A stretch of 41,399 nucleotides of DNA, from positions 1-41,399 of the IMG/VR virus record IMGVR_UViG_3300032007_000176; one strand, given 5' to 3'. Source of the stretch: a virus. Below, one piece after another: positions 39,761-41,399 of this stretch. Both the position numbers and the translations under genes were made by a program. The notes under the pieces were generated by a model. The model saw only the letters and a program-made list of their open reading frames with translations. It was not told where the DNA came from and did not search any database. Every line of letters starts with the position of its first letter. Position 1 is the first letter of the stretch.

Positions 39761-40024
39761 TTATTCGTATTGCTTAATCAGTCTTTGTAACTCTTGCACC
39801 CGATTCGACGTGATTGCTTGCACGAACTTGATGATTTCGTTTGGGTCGTCGTCAGGTCGGATGCGGTACTCTTCGGCAGTCCCGTCCATGAACTCAATGC
39901 GCAAACAGCCCTGCTTGAATGGCTTACTCTGCATCTTATCCATGAGGTTGGCGTGCCGTTGCATTTCCTCGACGTGCATCCGTCTGAGGAATGGCGGTAT
40001 CTCTTTTCTCTCTTCGTCAGTCAT
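39761..40024 (-). CDS. Hypothetical protein
   Basis: The track ORF is trimmed to MTDEERKEIPP. The first six track codons are the heptamer array itself. Confidence 0.5.
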   Translation of the reverse strand: MTDEERKEIPPFLRRMHVEEMQRHANLMDKMQSKPFKQGCLRIEFMDGTAEEYRIRPDDDPNEIIKFVQAITSNRVQELQRLIKQYE

Positions 40025-40026
40025 AC

Positions 40027-40124
40027 ATCTTACATCTTCCATCTTACATCATACTTGCGCCAATGGGCGCACCAGTCCCCACTCAGCGAACTTCTCGAAG
40101 CCGCCGAGGGTGTGGATGTAGAGC
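40027..40124. repeat. 98-bp direct repeat, copy B (partner at 1189..1286); includes heptamer array site B
   Basis: 95 of 98 bases match copy A. The array at 40022-40049 reads catacat, cttacat, cttccat, cttacat. Confidence 0.9.
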
Positions 40125-40234
40125 CTTGCCTGTTCCACGATGTCCTTATACGGGATGCCGTTCACGGTTTCATCACCGATGGAACACGATGCGGTCACCT
40201 GATGACCCGTGCGGATGCTCTCCAAGTAGCACCT
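40049..40234 (-). pseudogene. Remnant 3' end of a second metK-like gene
   Basis: A 61-codon open frame with no ATG reads ...IRTGHQVTASCSIGDETVNGIPYKDIVEQARLYIHTLGGFEKFAEWGLVRPLAQV. It parallels the intact MetK C terminus ...VQSGQTVTACCSIGDEHVTFQ...FADVVEMARLYILTDCNGSFETFSEWGLIRPKE. Confidence 0.6.
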
Positions 40235-40239
40235 TTAGA

Positions 40240-40260
40240 GTCCCCCGCAAATCGGGGGAC
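40240..40260. other. GC hairpin
   Basis: GTCCCCCG-caaat-CGGGGGAC, a perfect 8-bp stem with no flanking U-tract. It lies between ORF 40278..40574 and the metK remnant. Confidence 0.5.
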
Positions 40261-40277
40261 GGCTATAATGCAGGGGG

Positions 40278-40574
40278 CTAAAGTTCGATGTATTCGTGAT
40301 TAGAAATCCATTCCTGCGCCTTGGTCGTTGACTTAAAACGCTTTTGAATCTCATGCCGTTTTCCGTTGCATGTGACAACGACAAAGAAGTGTCCTTTCTC
40401 CAATTTCTTGATTTCGGCACTTTCGACCTTCATGCCTTTTGGCTTTGTCACAACCTTAACGGGTTCAACTACTGGAGCAGGCTTTGGAGCCGGTGCTGGT
40501 TTTGACTTGTACGATGCAACGTACTTTCTTGCTTCCGCTAACTTTGCGTCGGCCTTTCTCATTGATTTCTTCAT
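40278..40574 (-). CDS. Hypothetical basic protein
   Basis: 98-aa ORF with a Lys/Pro-rich N half. Confidence 0.5.
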   Translation of the reverse strand: MKKSMRKADAKLAEARKYVASYKSKPAPAPKPAPVVEPVKVVTKPKGMKVESAEIKKLEKGHFFVVVTCNGKRHEIQKRFKSTTKAQEWISNHEYIEL

Positions 40575-40603
40575 AATTCGTTTAATTAGTTAAATTCGTG
40601 TTC

Positions 40604-41399
40604 TTATTCTTTCGGTCTAATTAAGCCCCATTCGCTGAAGGTTTCAAACGAGCCGTTGCAATCGGTCAAAATGTAAAGTCTTGCCATTTCCACCACGTCG
40701 GCAAACGTCTCGGTCTCGGTCTTGCCGCTGGCATATTGGAACGTCACATGTTCGTCACCAATCGAACAGCAAGCCGTCACCGTCTGCCCAGATTGCACAG
40801 CCTTCAGGAATGCGACGATATTGATAGAAACATCTCCCTTTGAGAGATCCTTTCCCATCAAGCCACCTCCTGTTACTCCCTCGCCAAGGTCGCTTCCAAG
40901 TTTCCTGTTAGTCGCTCCGCTGTCCGTGTTCGGTCCGCCCGTCCACTCGCCCAGGGGATTGATGATGGGCAGGTGGATGCCGTAGGCGTTCTTCAGATGC
41001 TCACGCAGTTCCGGTTCCTGCTCACGGCTCAGATGGCTTTGGCAGATGGTGACGTCGAACTCCGGCGCAGCCAGTCGGCCTTTGCCCTGGATGATGTACT
41101 TGCCGTCGAACGGGTGCCTGTCGTAGATGCTTGCGGCAATGGCCGTCAGCAGCTTCTGCTCATGCGTCGGGGGCACACCACGAAAAATTCCGTTATCACC
41201 ACATCTCACCCCATGCTGCTGATTGGCAGCCAGGTGAATGTCTTGCGGCACGATGAGCGCACGCGTCTCGATGCCCTCACCGGCAATGCGGCTCACGATG
41301 GCCTCGATGTCCTCCGCGCTGATCCGCTCGCTCGTTTCCACTTGGATGTTGCACTCGCCGTGACCGATGAGCACCTCACAGGCCACCTTCGGGTTGGCT
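40604..41399 (-). CDS. metK: S-adenosylmethionine synthetase (compact MetK-like), C-terminal part, continuing into 472..1
   Basis: INPLGEWTGGPNTDSGATNRKLGSDLGEGVTGGGLMGKDLSKGDVS parallels E. coli MetK [30 protein letters not shown]...GGGAFSGKDPSKVDRS. Confidence 0.8.
   Translation of the reverse strand, partial: ANPKVACEVLIGHGECNIQVETSERISAEDIEAIVSRIAGEGIETRALIVPQDIHLAANQQHGVRCGDNGIFRGVPPTHEQKLLTAIAASIYDRHPFDGKYIIQGKGRLAAPEFDVTICQSHLSREQEPELREHLKNAYGIHLPIINPLGEWTGGPNTDSGATNRKLGSDLGEGVTGGGLMGKDLSKGDVSINIVAFLKAVQSGQTVTACCSIGDEHVTFQYASGKTETETFADVVEMARLYILTDCNGSFETFSEWGLIRPKE
41083..41399. repeat. Terminal direct repeat, copy 2 of 2
   Basis: Identical to 1..317. Confidence 0.9.

Noticed and set aside
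1-41399. Stop-codon reassignment, or suppressor tRNAs as seen in some Bacteroidota phages.
   Set aside because: All large conserved genes (terL, portal, capsid, tape measure, RT, primase) are intact uninterrupted ORFs in the standard code.
1-41399. CRISPR array.
   Set aside because: The only tandem repeats are 7, 9, 10, 22 and 36 bp units with no spacers. Nothing has repeat-spacer architecture.

Overview
The window is a complete, circularly closed genome of a temperate, siphovirus-like dsDNA phage. Bases 1-317 are identical to 41083-41399, so the unique length is 41,082 bp. The host is probably a Bacteroidota bacterium. This rests on TAnnTTTG-type promoters, an Mfa2/FimB-like lipoprotein, HU-HIG-like proteins, DUF3127 and DUF4422 domains, and a ~390-aa Bacteroides-type tyrosine integrase.

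Almost all genes are on the minus strand. Only the cI-like repressor, the integrase and one lipoprotein moron are on the plus strand. Read along the minus strand (descending coordinates), the modules are:
- early small genes (40574->34653)
- lysis genes (34568->33716)
- connector and fibre genes (33561->30874)
- a complete diversity-generating retroelement (DGR; 30852->27580)
- gp10-like protein, tape measure and tail genes (26328->20965)
- head-closure protein, a glycosyltransferase, portal, HU-like protein, protease and capsid (20925->15139)
- tail terminator, tube proteins and G/G-T chaperones (15000->12923)
- the lysogeny module (int, cI, putative xis)
- replication genes (DUF3127 SSB-like protein, ATPase, primase)
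- HNH endonuclease, terS and terL
- a C5 DNA methyltransferase plus a compact SAM synthetase, the latter spanning the window ends

The signals most worth follow-up:
1. The DGR. TR and VR align over 127 bp with 27 differences, all at TR adenines.
2. The metK-dcm cassette, bracketed by 98-bp direct repeats that carry leftover metK 3' ends.
3. (ATGTAAG)n arrays that place a start and a stop codon in all three frames at three gene junctions.
4. An A AAA AAC -1 frameshift site in the tail chaperone gene, set in a scrambled structural gene order.
5. A self-contained fimbrillin-like lipoprotein moron.
6. Two tRNA-like T-arm/acceptor elements that do not fold as tRNAs.

All functional calls come from motif recognition by eye. 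No database search, HMM or folding program was run.
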